NCBI GenBank assembly: GCA_963752595.1
Contig: CAVVYZ010000005.1
Location: 32,001-96,000, forward strand
Length of the DNA stretch: 64,000 bases
Direction of reading: 5' to 3'
Source: an uncultured delta proteobacterium
GTDB lineage: Bacteria > Desulfobacterota > Desulfomonilia > UBA1062
A model generated the notes under the pieces. That model was not told the DNA's origin. It ran no database searches and worked only from the letters and a program-made list of their open reading frames with translations. The number at the start of each line of letters is the position of its first letter. Positions within the stretch are counted from its first letter, which is position 1. Both the position numbers and the translations under genes were made by a program. Positions 41,765 through 51,577 of this stretch are shown piece after piece.

Positions 41765-43082
41765 GACCATAAAGGTGGATGTCGAGTACCTGACCCGTGT
41801 GGAAGGCCACGGCAACATCGTGGTGGATGTCAGGAACGGGGTGCTCGAAAAGTGTAACCTGGAGATCGTGGAAGCGCCAAGATTCTTTGAGGGCATGCTC
41901 CGTGGCCGGTCCATATTCGAGGCCCAGCATATCACCTCCAGGATCTGTGGCATCTGCGCATGCGCCCATACATTATCGTCGGTTCAGGCTGCCGAGGATG
42001 CCTTAAGCATCAGCCCGAGCCCCCAGACCGTGAAGCTGCGGGAGCTCCTCCTGGACGTGGAGATTCTCGACAGCCATATCCTCCACATCTACCTGCTGGC
42101 CCTCCCGGACCTGCTGGGCGTCAAGAGCTTTGTCCCCCTGATCGACACCCACCACAAGGTCGTCCGGAGGGCCCTGCGGATGAAGAAGACCTGCAACGAC
42201 ATCTGCGACATCCTGGTGGGCCGGCATGTCCACCCCATTTCCTGTATCGCTGGCGGCTTCACGAAGCTTCCCGCGCCGGATGACCTTGAAGAGATGCACG
42301 CTCTCTTAAAGGGGATGCGGCCAGACATGGACGCCACCGTGGACTTGGTGCTTCAGCTCTCCTTCCCCAAGTTTGAAAGGAAGACCGAGTATGTGGCGCT
42401 GGTGAACGATTCGCCGGATTATCCCCTGCTGTACGGAGATATCGGGTCATCGGACGGAAAGCGCGTGCGCAAGAAAGACTTCCGGAGTGTGACCAACGAG
42501 TTCATGGTGGAGCATTCCTCTGCAAAATTTGCAAGGTTCGCCCGGGACTCGTATGCGGTGGGCGCCCTGGCAAGGATGAATCTGAACTTCGACAAGTTGA
42601 GCCCGGGCGCGAAGATGATCGCCCATGCCGCAGGTTTCAAGCCCCCGGTACACAATCCGTACCTGAACACCGTTGCGCAGCTGATCGAGTGCGCCTATTG
42701 CCTGGAGCATGCAATCCGCATCGTGGAGCACTTCCGGGGCAGCGGGGTCGATCAGGACGAGCTGATCCTGGTTGGCCTGAACGAAAAGCATGAGATCCCG
42801 GTGCGTGCGGGGGACGGAGTCGGCGCCGTGGAGGCTCCGCGCGGCATTCTGTTCCATAATTACGCAACGGACGAACAGGGCGTTATCGTACAGGCGAACT
42901 GCATCATCCCGACCGCGCAGAACATCAACAACATCGAACACGACATGCGCAAACTCGTGCCCGAGATCCTCGACAGATCACAGGAGGAGATCACCCTGGC
43001 GCTCGAGATGCTGGTGAGGGCCTATGACCCCTGCATATCGTGCTCTGCGCACTTCCTCAATGTGCGCTTTAAAGACTCCTGA
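41754..43082 (+). CDS. [NiFe]-hydrogenase large (alpha) subunit, group 3b
   Basis: TRVEGHG, L1 SRICGICACAH, EAPRGILFH and L2 RAYDPCISCSAH, followed by a cleavable tail. Confidence 0.93.
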   Translation: MDHKTIKVDVEYLTRVEGHGNIVVDVRNGVLEKCNLEIVEAPRFFEGMLRGRSIFEAQHITSRICGICACAHTLSSVQAAEDALSISPSPQTVKLRELLLDVEILDSHILHIYLLALPDLLGVKSFVPLIDTHHKVVRRALRMKKTCNDICDILVGRHVHPISCIAGGFTKLPAPDDLEEMHALLKGMRPDMDATVDLVLQLSFPKFERKTEYVALVNDSPDYPLLYGDIGSSDGKRVRKKDFRSVTNEFMVEHSSAKFARFARDSYAVGALARMNLNFDKLSPGAKMIAHAAGFKPPVHNPYLNTVAQLIECAYCLEHAIRIVEHFRGSGVDQDELILVGLNEKHEIPVRAGDGVGAVEAPRGILFHNYATDEQGVIVQANCIIPTAQNINNIEHDMRKLVPEILDRSQEEITLALEMLVRAYDPCISCSAHFLNVRFKDS

Positions 43083-43084
43083 TC

Positions 43085-43639
43085 ATGGAGCTGTCTAACG
43101 AGGTGGAAAAGGCGCTTTCCCCATCAAAAACCGGAAAGACCATCTATGTCCTTACAGGGAATACGCTACGGGGAGATGACGGCGTCGGGCCTTACATTGC
43201 AGGCAGACTTGGGTCGGATGAATCACCCGGCAGGGAACTGCGAGATATCAAAAACAAAGGCAAGGAATATAGCGAGCTGCGAAGAATGAACCCGGCCGAG
43301 ATTCAAAAGTGCTCAGTCATTCTCGATGCAGGCGAACGGCCCGAGGTCTTCATCGACCGGATCATCCGGGAAAGACCGTCGAAGACGATCTTCATAGATG
43401 CCGCAGATTTTTATGGTGAAGCCGGCGAAGTACGTGTACTCCCTTCAAGCACCCTGGATGATTCCTCCATGAGCACCCACCGCTTTCCGCTCAGTGCCGT
43501 GGCGCGAATTATCCAAGAGGATACCAGGGCCGAAGTGATCATTGTCGGAATCCAGATCCGTACGGTTCATTTCGGCAGTCAGATGGATCGACGTATAGAA
43601 GCGAGTGCCGAGAAAATCATCGAATTGCTTCTGCCTTGA
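43085..43639 (+). CDS. Hydrogenase maturation protease (HycI-like)
   Basis: GNTLRGDDGVGP, DAGERPE, FIDAADF and STHRFPL. Confidence 0.88.
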   Translation: MELSNEVEKALSPSKTGKTIYVLTGNTLRGDDGVGPYIAGRLGSDESPGRELRDIKNKGKEYSELRRMNPAEIQKCSVILDAGERPEVFIDRIIRERPSKTIFIDAADFYGEAGEVRVLPSSTLDDSSMSTHRFPLSAVARIIQEDTRAEVIIVGIQIRTVHFGSQMDRRIEASAEKIIELLLP

Positions 43640-43709
43640 TGTTTCTTAAGCCCTTCATATACATTCGGATTGTTAAAATTGACAAACAGATTGAATCATT
43701 TCTTAGGGA

Positions 43710-44090
43710 ATGATCATCTCTGGCTATAAGAGATCATTAATTCGGGAGAAAGATGCGTATGGAGGAGATAAAATAGACAGAGAATCTTTTCCTGATCAAC
43801 GTCAACTATTATTTCCGGTCGGGAGTTTTAATTGTCGCTCATCATTTTCCGTTTACCGGAATTACTTGTGGTTCATTTATATTACATCTGCGATAGATGA
43901 TAGTTTTCAGGCCTTCCTGAAAAGCTACGATTATCAGATGATATCTATACTATCATGGCCTTATGTTTGGACTATAGATTATGTGGCACGATCTCTATCT
44001 ATCAGGCACCCTAATTTCTATTCGGATCAGTTGCCCCCGTTATCTCTATACATATTGTTAATTTTCGGACATTGGTTCAGATTGTACTGA
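43710..44090 (+). other. AT-rich segment with a doubtful ORF or gene remnant
   Basis: 126-aa ORF, visibly AT-richer than its flanks, with no recognisable motif. Confidence 0.3.
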
Positions 44091-44180
44091 CATATTATTG
44101 CCGGTCAAGTCATCTTCAATAGGGTAATAAAGTATGGTAAACGATACAGCGATATCGAATTGTAAAGTACGAAAGCAGGC

Positions 44181-44774
44181 ATGGGGAAAAATATGAGTGG
44201 TAAAACAAAGGGTACCCGAGGGAGGGATAAGGCTACTTCACGTGATACGATTGAAGAATGCGCAATCGGGCTATTCCAATCCAAAGGGGTGGAGAAAACA
44301 TCAGTCAACGAGATCGTAAAAAAGGCAGGGATCGCCAAAGGTACTTTTTATCTGTATTTCAAGGACAAGGACGACCTTGTAGACACCGTCATCAGCCGAT
44401 ACACCAGAGAATTCCTCGACCAAGTAATCATCCCCTTCCTGAATGTACCGAAGATCATTATCCTCTCGGATGCTATCATCAATTATTTTTCTCAGAACAG
44501 AATGCTGCTCATCGAGCTTCGGAAGAACCTCCAGAGCGGCAAGCCGTACCCTTCGACACGCCGGACCATCCGGGGTTTTTCTGAGCTCATCCTCAATTAT
44601 TTAAATCAATACGAAGACTATAAGATCGACAACTGGGAACTCTATACCAAAGTCCTCCTGGGGCTCATTCTGGATGTCTGCTATAAGGCCCTGATCGAGG
44701 AGAACTTCTCTTCGATCCAAGAAGCGAAAAATATGCTGAGCGATCTCCTGAAGCGTTTCTTCAGCTGCGATTAA
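44181..44774 (+). CDS. TetR/AcrR family regulator
   Basis: LFQSKGVEKTSVNEIVKKAGIAKGTFYLYFKDKDDL. Confidence 0.92.
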   Translation: MGKNMSGKTKGTRGRDKATSRDTIEECAIGLFQSKGVEKTSVNEIVKKAGIAKGTFYLYFKDKDDLVDTVISRYTREFLDQVIIPFLNVPKIIILSDAIINYFSQNRMLLIELRKNLQSGKPYPSTRRTIRGFSELILNYLNQYEDYKIDNWELYTKVLLGLILDVCYKALIEENFSSIQEAKNMLSDLLKRFFSCD

Positions 44775-44782
44775 ATTTTGCC

Positions 44783-44888
44783 TTGCCTTTTATGACCAGC
44801 GGTCATATTATTGCTTGAACGACCCTGGATCACTTTCCAGAGAACAATGAAGGCGGGTTTTTACTGCATTTAAATTGACCGGAGGTCA
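44783..44888 (+). promoter_or_regulatory. Sigma70-like promoter with two TGACC-N3-GGTCA operators
   Basis: TTGCCT (44783)-17 bp-TATTAT (44806). TATGACCAGCGGTCATA at 44791-44807 and TGACCGGAGGTCA at 44876-44888. Confidence 0.7.
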
Positions 44889-44908
44889 TTAAAGAAAGGA
44901 GAGCCTCG

Positions 44909-46876
44909 ATGAAAGCAACGTGGGATATCCCGGAAGTGATGCTGGATAATCGAAACGATTTCCTGAACGATTTCTATCAGCGCTTTACCCTCCGCAAGGC
45001 GCGGCAGCCCCTGAAAATGACCGAAGAGTTGACCAAGGATTATCTGTTCCCCACATTCTACGGTGATGTGTCCTGCGCTATGGCAGTGTTCATGTGCTCC
45101 TATGATAAAGCTGCAGCCTTGGTGAGCGAGCAGCTGAGCCCTCAGATCGTTCCCGTGAGAATGCCCAGGGGGCGTGCCCTGGCAGCCTTCTCCTGCTACG
45201 AGTATAAAAAGGTCATGGGGGTACGGCCGTACAACGAGATTGCCATTGCTATCCCGATCATGGTCGATCCGGACTGCAATATCCCTGTCCTTCCCATGGT
45301 CACCAATTCCTTCAGCCGGTTCGGATACTATATTGCCGGGATGCCGGTTACCTCGAAAGAAAACACGATCCGGGGCAGGAAGATCTGGGGCCTGCCCAAG
45401 GTGACTCAGGATATCGATATCTATCACGAAGCAGGGAATTGCATAGTAAAGGCAATGGATGAGAGCGGAGATGTGTACCTGTCGCTGCGCATCCCCATGC
45501 AGGGCACGCCTACCGAGTTCGATGTCACTTCCTACCTGTATACGCAGCTTGGGGGAAAGTTGCTCCAGAACCGGACAGACTTCAAAGCTTCTTTCAATGT
45601 AAAGAAAAACATGCAGCTTCTCTTGAAAAAGAACGAGAGGCCGGACCATCCTTACATCGAGCTGGGCAGCACCTCCTTTGCCCCGCTGCTCAAAAGGCTC
45701 GAGATAGAAGAAACTCCCTTCCAGACACGCTATGCCGAGCATATGTCATCCTGCTTCGACCTACCCAACGAGCAGGCGCCCAGCTGGGCTCAGACCATTC
45801 ATGTAAGCGGCTATACACTGGATGATGAAGCCGGCATGAAGCTTGAATCCAAAGATATGAAGATCGCTTTTTTCGGGGCCGGTTCCATCGGCGCTTCTGT
45901 AGGCGGCTGGGTCGCTCCCTTCCACGAAGAGACCTACTTCATCGATCAGGGGAAAATTCTCGATGCACTGAAATCGAGCGGTATAACGCTCTATCAGGGG
46001 GATAAGAAAAAAGAGACGACAGCGCATGTTCCGGTCAAGATAATTGAAGACATCTCGGATCTGAAGTCCATGGATGTAGTCGTTGTCGGTGTGAAGAACT
46101 TCAGCCTCGAATCGGTTGCCGGGCTGATCAAAGCCAATTCGAAAGAAGATGTGATCATCGTATCCATGGCCAACGGGATAGATAATCAGTCGATCCTGCC
46201 CAAGTACTTTTCTAAGGTGATCTACTGCATCGTCAGCTACAATGCATGGATGGACCATCCGGTAACCGTGGGATACCAGAAGCGGGGGCCGCTCGTCCTG
46301 GGAACGCCCGACAACAGCCTGCTGACCGAAATGAACACCATTGCCGAGATCTTCAGCCAAGGCGTGGAGACCGTGGTTACCGATCATTTCCAGGATGCAG
46401 TACACTCGAAGATCGTGGTGAACCTTACCAACCCCGTGACAACTCTGGTGGGCCATGGGTTCAGGGAAATCTCGGATTTCGATACCTTTCAGAAAATCCT
46501 CAGCAATACGCTGTACGAAGGAGTACGGATCGTTCATGCTGCCGGGTTCAAGGAGTGCAAGCTTGGCGGCATGCCTCCGTGGTTCCTCCTGAAGGCGTCC
46601 GCCCTTCTCCCGAGGTCTCTCACCAGGCCATTGTTCAGAAAGAATGTGGCAAAGATGGTCATGTCCAGCATGAGCCAGGATATCATTCAGCGCGGGGGAA
46701 CTGACTCCGAGCTCGATTCACTGACCGGGTATATCCTTAAGCTTGCCGGGCAGAACAGAATAAAAGCGCCGTATAACGAAACCATCTACGAGCTCGGGAA
46801 AGAGCTCTTCAGCAAGCCGGGCTTTTCCCCTATGGATGTGCGGGATGTATGGGCAAAGATACAGCAGAAGCTGTGA
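44909..46876 (+). CDS. Fusion of an acetoacetate decarboxylase-superfamily domain and a ketopantoate reductase (PanE/ApbA)-like domain
   Basis: N-terminal part: PYNEIAI..MPVT..GRKIWGLPK. C-terminal part: FFGAGSIG, MANGI, SKIVVNL and SSMSQDI..SELDSLTG..APYNE. Confidence 0.82.
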   Translation: MKATWDIPEVMLDNRNDFLNDFYQRFTLRKARQPLKMTEELTKDYLFPTFYGDVSCAMAVFMCSYDKAAALVSEQLSPQIVPVRMPRGRALAAFSCYEYKKVMGVRPYNEIAIAIPIMVDPDCNIPVLPMVTNSFSRFGYYIAGMPVTSKENTIRGRKIWGLPKVTQDIDIYHEAGNCIVKAMDESGDVYLSLRIPMQGTPTEFDVTSYLYTQLGGKLLQNRTDFKASFNVKKNMQLLLKKNERPDHPYIELGSTSFAPLLKRLEIEETPFQTRYAEHMSSCFDLPNEQAPSWAQTIHVSGYTLDDEAGMKLESKDMKIAFFGAGSIGASVGGWVAPFHEETYFIDQGKILDALKSSGITLYQGDKKKETTAHVPVKIIEDISDLKSMDVVVVGVKNFSLESVAGLIKANSKEDVIIVSMANGIDNQSILPKYFSKVIYCIVSYNAWMDHPVTVGYQKRGPLVLGTPDNSLLTEMNTIAEIFSQGVETVVTDHFQDAVHSKIVVNLTNPVTTLVGHGFREISDFDTFQKILSNTLYEGVRIVHAAGFKECKLGGMPPWFLLKASALLPRSLTRPLFRKNVAKMVMSSMSQDIIQRGGTDSELDSLTGYILKLAGQNRIKAPYNETIYELGKELFSKPGFSPMDVRDVWAKIQQKL

Positions 46877-47093
46877 TCAATATGGGCTGAAAAAAGGATC
46901 CAGGTGCTGCCGCGTTGAAAGCGAATATCTTAAAAAGATCGTCAGCACGTGCACGTTGCGTACATAGGTCGGGTGACAGAAGTATCTCATACCTTGCTTC
47001 ATGGAAGCCTCATGGCTTTGAAGAAGGTGAGCTCTGTCCCCCATTGTGACCCTGAGCCTTCAGGCCCCAAGTCCTGACAAAAAAGGCTCCTCC

Positions 47094-47870
47094 TCAATCG
47101 TCCATGAGGTTTCTCGGCCCGTAGAGGATGGCCTCCATCAGTGGCATGTACTGGAAGAAGAGCGGCTTTTCGCTCAGTTCCAAATCTTTAAGCTGCAGGG
47201 CGATGCTGTGTTTGTCGCCGAGGCTGAGCTGCGCTGCGCTTCCGCTCATGCTTTTGCCGAACTCGAGGGGATTCATGTAAATGTTCGCTGCCAGCGGAAC
47301 GCCGTCTTTCACTGAATAGGTCTTGAACCTGTTCACCTTCTCCTGGGATGTTTTCAGCTTTTTGCCTTTGAGCGTGAGGATCTTTTCCCCGCCTTCGGAA
47401 AGCGTGCAGGCCGGCATGGAGCCTTCATGGGAGAAAGCGATGTCTGCGAGGAACTTGGGATATCCGTACATCTCGACACCGCCTTTGCGTGCCCGTTCGG
47501 TGGTTACGGGAAGCTGCCAGACATATGCCGAAAAGTATCTCCGCGCCATCATACTCAACACGGTGAGACCCGGTATGGCTTTTTTGCGGAAAGTTATGGG
47601 GAAAGAGATGGAAAATTCGTTATAGGGGTCGATGTCTGTCCTGCGGTACTCGAAGGCCGTAAACGCGACCAGCGCCCTGCCTTTCCAGACCTCAACCGGG
47701 TGCATGTCAGGCAGGGGAAGATGTCTCCGGACTTTCTCGACAGGGGCGGTGAAGATAGCCGTCATGGCCGTGTTGTCATAGTAGAATACGGGGAGCTTGC
47801 CCTCGAGAGACAGATCCTTTGTCATCATATCCCACTGAACAACGCCTTTGAAAAAATCTCCTTTTTTCAT
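47094..47870 (-). CDS. Acetoacetate decarboxylase-superfamily protein
   Basis: AFEYRRTDIDPYNEFSI and LPVTTERARKGGVEMYGYPKFLA. Confidence 0.85.
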   Translation of the reverse strand: MKKGDFFKGVVQWDMMTKDLSLEGKLPVFYYDNTAMTAIFTAPVEKVRRHLPLPDMHPVEVWKGRALVAFTAFEYRRTDIDPYNEFSISFPITFRKKAIPGLTVLSMMARRYFSAYVWQLPVTTERARKGGVEMYGYPKFLADIAFSHEGSMPACTLSEGGEKILTLKGKKLKTSQEKVNRFKTYSVKDGVPLAANIYMNPLEFGKSMSGSAAQLSLGDKHSIALQLKDLELSEKPLFFQYMPLMEAILYGPRNLMDD

Positions 47871-47951
47871 ACATCCTCCTCGATTATTTTCATGGATACT
47901 GTTCTTTTTTGAGCTTCCCGCTACAGGCATGGCCTGCTCAGGTTTTTCCTC

Positions 47952-48794
47952 TCAATCCTTCTTCTCTGCGTAAGTCCTCGCAACATACCTGCTGAACAGG
48001 CCGCTTAAGCTGACTGCGGTTACGGGGAAGAACCTCGTGAGCAGGTCAAGGACCTTTGCATCGGTGCCTATCAGGATGCGCCTCCTGTTCCGCTTGATCC
48101 CTGCAATGATGATCTTTGCAGCATCATCCGCGGTTGTCCTGAAAAGCTCGTCCTCGTAGAGCCTCTGGGCCTTCTCCTTGGACAGCGAGTACATTGCCCG
48201 GTTCACGCGGGCGTTCTTTGCGATGTTGGTCTTGATCCCTCCTGGATGCACGCAACTCACCCGGATATTCGTACCGTGCATCTCCTGGGCAAGGGTTTCC
48301 GTGTATCCCTTGACCGCAAACTTTGCAGAGCAGTAGGGGCCGTTATTGGGATTGGGCATGATCCCGTTGATGCTGGAGACGTTGACGATGTGGCCTTCCG
48401 GCTGCTTCTTCAAGTAGGGAAGGAATGCCATGGTGCCGTGCACGACGCCCCAGAAGTCGATGCCCATGAGCCACTCGAAGTCTTCCAGCGGAACGGTTTC
48501 CAGGAAATCGCCCAGGGCGACTCCTGCATTGTTTATGACCATATCTATGCCGCCGTGGTTCCGGGCAGCCTCTTCGGCAAAGCCGAATACCTGGTCTCGC
48601 TTCGACACATCCACGATATGGGTCGAAACATTCACCCCTGCGCCGACGAGCGCGGTTGTCTCCTGCAGCCCTGCCCCGTCGATATCCGCAAGGGCAAGGT
48701 TGCATCCTTCGTCTGCAAGATTGACGGCAAGCATCCTGCCGATACCCGAAGCAGCACCTGTGACCGCCGCAGTCTTATTTTTCAAAATCTTCAT
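47952..48794 (-). CDS. Short-chain dehydrogenase/reductase
   Basis: TGAASGIG, NNAG, YCSAK and HPGGIKTNI. Confidence 0.92.
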   Translation of the reverse strand: MKILKNKTAAVTGAASGIGRMLAVNLADEGCNLALADIDGAGLQETTALVGAGVNVSTHIVDVSKRDQVFGFAEEAARNHGGIDMVINNAGVALGDFLETVPLEDFEWLMGIDFWGVVHGTMAFLPYLKKQPEGHIVNVSSINGIMPNPNNGPYCSAKFAVKGYTETLAQEMHGTNIRVSCVHPGGIKTNIAKNARVNRAMYSLSKEKAQRLYEDELFRTTADDAAKIIIAGIKRNRRRILIGTDAKVLDLLTRFFPVTAVSLSGLFSRYVARTYAEKKD

Positions 48795-48818
48795 GATCGT
48801 CTTTTCCTCCGGTGTGTA

Positions 48819-49958
48819 CTACCTGCCGCTTCCGGCAAGGCCTGCAAGATCCCGTATCAAGTCGAGCTTCTTCATGGGTGAGCTGCCGAGCAGTGCCTGC
48901 ACCTGCCGGGCATCACGGAAGCGCTTCTCCTGTCCGTAGTCCTTCATATAGCCATTGCCTCCCAGAACCTGCACACCGTCGGTGACTGCCTCGCAGGCCA
49001 GCTCATGAACATGGAGACCGGCCGCGATACAGTGAGAGCCCCATGCTTTCCCTTCCTGCTCAAGGGCCAGGCAGGCCTGGGCAACGCACATCTCAGCCAC
49101 GTCGGCCTTGATTGCCATGCCGGCAAGCAGCATGCTCACCTCGCTCCACTGAATGATCTCGCGTCCGCCCTGGGAGCGCTCTTTCGAGTATGCCAGCGCT
49201 TCGCCCAGCGAGCCCTTCATGATGGCTGAGTTCATGGCTGCCGCAGCCACGTGCATCTTCATGGAGGCCTGCTTGAAATAGTCCCTGCCTTTGCCCTTTT
49301 CCCCGATGAGCTGTGTCTCAACTCCCTGGAGGGTGACATCTATGGCAGGGCATGCGTGCATCCCAAGGCTGAAGATGGGATCGCTCTTCGAAAGTCCTTT
49401 GTCCGAGAGATCGACCAGAAAAAATGAATAGGAGCCTCCCGTGCCGGTGCGGGCCGGGATAATCGCCTTCTGCGCCAGGCCTCCCAGCACGAGGAATTCG
49501 AGCTTGCCGGTCAACGCATAGCCTTTGCCCGACTTGGTAGCGCTGGGGATTTTATCCGTGTGGGAGGGGTCGGTGTAGGACGGGAACGCGACCAGGAATT
49601 CCCGTGCGGTTGACGCCTTGGGAAAGATGTCTCCTGCGAGCCCGTCTGCCTTTGCCGCAAGCAGGATCTCCTGAGCCAGGGCATTGGTGAATACTATCCC
49701 GCCCAGAGAGCTGTCGGCCCGACAGATGTTGTCGAGGATGACGCACAGTGTGCTTATGCTCCCGCCGATGCCGCCGAGCCCCTCGGGAAGCATGACTCCA
49801 AGGAACCCCACTTCGTAGGCCTTGTTCAGGACGTCTTCGAAGAAATCACCAAAGGGGTAGCGGTCGTTTTCCTCGGTCTTTTTTGCGAGCTCTCTGGCCG
49901 CAAAGGACTGCGCCAGCTCTTCAAAGGGTTTCAGATCGCTTTTGAATGAGGTCAGCAT
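48819..49958 (-). CDS. Acyl-CoA dehydrogenase-like protein with degenerate catalytic motifs
   Basis: ACAD fold motifs (PEGLGG, ALAYSKERSQGG, VQVLGGNGYMKDYGQEKRFRDA), but no TEPxxGSD and no YEG. Confidence 0.82.
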   Translation of the reverse strand: MLTSFKSDLKPFEELAQSFAARELAKKTEENDRYPFGDFFEDVLNKAYEVGFLGVMLPEGLGGIGGSISTLCVILDNICRADSSLGGIVFTNALAQEILLAAKADGLAGDIFPKASTAREFLVAFPSYTDPSHTDKIPSATKSGKGYALTGKLEFLVLGGLAQKAIIPARTGTGGSYSFFLVDLSDKGLSKSDPIFSLGMHACPAIDVTLQGVETQLIGEKGKGRDYFKQASMKMHVAAAAMNSAIMKGSLGEALAYSKERSQGGREIIQWSEVSMLLAGMAIKADVAEMCVAQACLALEQEGKAWGSHCIAAGLHVHELACEAVTDGVQVLGGNGYMKDYGQEKRFRDARQVQALLGSSPMKKLDLIRDLAGLAGSGR

Positions 49959-49976
49959 TGGTTCCTCCTTGTATGA

Positions 49977-51506
49977 TTAGTCTTCAAAGACGTTTGCCTG
50001 CGGCACCTGGGGTGCGATAAGGCACTTGAAAGTATTGAGCCGGTTGAGCTGGTTGGTGCCCTCGTAGATCTGCAGAAGCTTGATGTCGCGGAGCATCTTC
50101 TCTACCCCGGCATCCTGACGCAACCCCGTAGAGCCCATGAGTTCGATGGCCATCTGGCAGTTGTGTACGCCGATGTCCGTGCCGGCGAATTTCGCCAGAG
50201 AAGCCCAGCCCGAGCAGCACAGCTGGTCCTGAGGCTTTGCCCAGTCATAGTAGAGCTTCCGCATGAACTTTCCGGAAGATTCCGTATCAAGGGTCGGCGC
50301 GACCACTTTATCGAAGTAGGCCTGGGGCATGAGACGGAAGTAATAGTAGAGGGGCTTGAGCTGGAGGAGCCTGTACATGCCGCGAAGGCTGTTGGCGTAG
50401 TTCGCTTCCACATAGGCGAGCCTTCCCAGTGCGACGTTCTTGTACATCTCGGCAAGCAGGCATTGCACCCACTCGCTTTTTACGAGGAGCTTACCGTTTA
50501 CCGTAGTCGTCGATGCATAGTTCAGAGCTGCCTCAAAGGCTCCCCGTGCGACGCCGACCCCGAAGGCGCATACGCCGGGACGCGTTGCCGAAACCACGTA
50601 GTCGATGTAGCGCTGGGAGAGGTCCTTCATGGGCTTTTTCGAGATCTTCTTCATCAGATCCGCACTGAAGAGCACCTGGTCGTCCGGGATGAAGCAGTCT
50701 TCGAAGATGAGCACGCTGGCAGGGCATACCCGCTGGCCCATCTTGTTTTCATGGGTACCGAAGGAAAAGCCCTTGGTGCCTGTCTTTACCATCATGCCCA
50801 CGCCCGACACAGAAGGCTTCTTGAGGTCGGAATATGCAAGGAGTACGGTCCAGGTCGACACGTGCCCCATGGAGATGAATACCTTGGTGCCGTTGACGAT
50901 ATAGCCGCCATTGACCTTCTTTGCATGGCAGCTGACCTTGCCCTTGTCTACGAGATCCACCTCTTCCACATCGGTTCCCGCACCGGGCTCGGTGGTGGCA
51001 AGGGCAATGAGACAGGGCTTGCCGGTCTTCTCACCTTCCACGACCTCGCTGATGACCTTTTTTGCCAGGGCCGGGTTGGCCGAAGCGATCAGCCCTGCCA
51101 CGCCGAGGTAGTGGACGCCGATGACGTTCATGATCCCGACACAGACAGAACTGACTTCTTCGGCAAAATAAGACATGGAAGGCATGCTGCTCCCCTTGCC
51201 TCCGAACATCCTGGGTATCCACTTGGTGTAGAAGCCCCATTTATTGGCGATGTCGACGAGCTCCAGGGGCATGTAATCAGGGTCTTCGTGGGTCTTCCGG
51301 TCGAGTTCGAGGGCCCTGGGCCTTGCCACTTCTTCATTGAACTTGCGGGCAAGGGCAATGACCTCCTGTATCTCCTTGATCATGTGCTTCGGCATGCGCG
51401 GGGCATACGGCAGGCTCAAATGGATGTCCTCGAACTTCGGAAAACGGGACAGTCTGGCCGATACTTCAGATCTGGACAGCATATTACCCTCCTCTTTGTC
51501 GGTCAT
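49977..51506 (-). CDS. Acyl-CoA dehydrogenase (extended)
   Basis: ATTEPGAGTDV, NGTKVFISMG, ENKMGQR and EKMLRDIKLLQIYEGTNQLNR. Confidence 0.88.
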   Translation of the reverse strand: MTDKEEGNMLSRSEVSARLSRFPKFEDIHLSLPYAPRMPKHMIKEIQEVIALARKFNEEVARPRALELDRKTHEDPDYMPLELVDIANKWGFYTKWIPRMFGGKGSSMPSMSYFAEEVSSVCVGIMNVIGVHYLGVAGLIASANPALAKKVISEVVEGEKTGKPCLIALATTEPGAGTDVEEVDLVDKGKVSCHAKKVNGGYIVNGTKVFISMGHVSTWTVLLAYSDLKKPSVSGVGMMVKTGTKGFSFGTHENKMGQRVCPASVLIFEDCFIPDDQVLFSADLMKKISKKPMKDLSQRYIDYVVSATRPGVCAFGVGVARGAFEAALNYASTTTVNGKLLVKSEWVQCLLAEMYKNVALGRLAYVEANYANSLRGMYRLLQLKPLYYYFRLMPQAYFDKVVAPTLDTESSGKFMRKLYYDWAKPQDQLCCSGWASLAKFAGTDIGVHNCQMAIELMGSTGLRQDAGVEKMLRDIKLLQIYEGTNQLNRLNTFKCLIAPQVPQANVFED

Positions 51507-51577
51507 TTCCTAAAAACGGCGGTGAGGCCGGTTGTAAACAAATATTTCAATATTTTAAGGCGTTGTCTTCATCCCCG

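Noticed and set aside
41754-43082. Selenocysteine ([NiFeSe]) hydrogenase
   Set aside because: The L2 motif is DPCISC with ordinary Cys codons, and there is no in-frame TGA.
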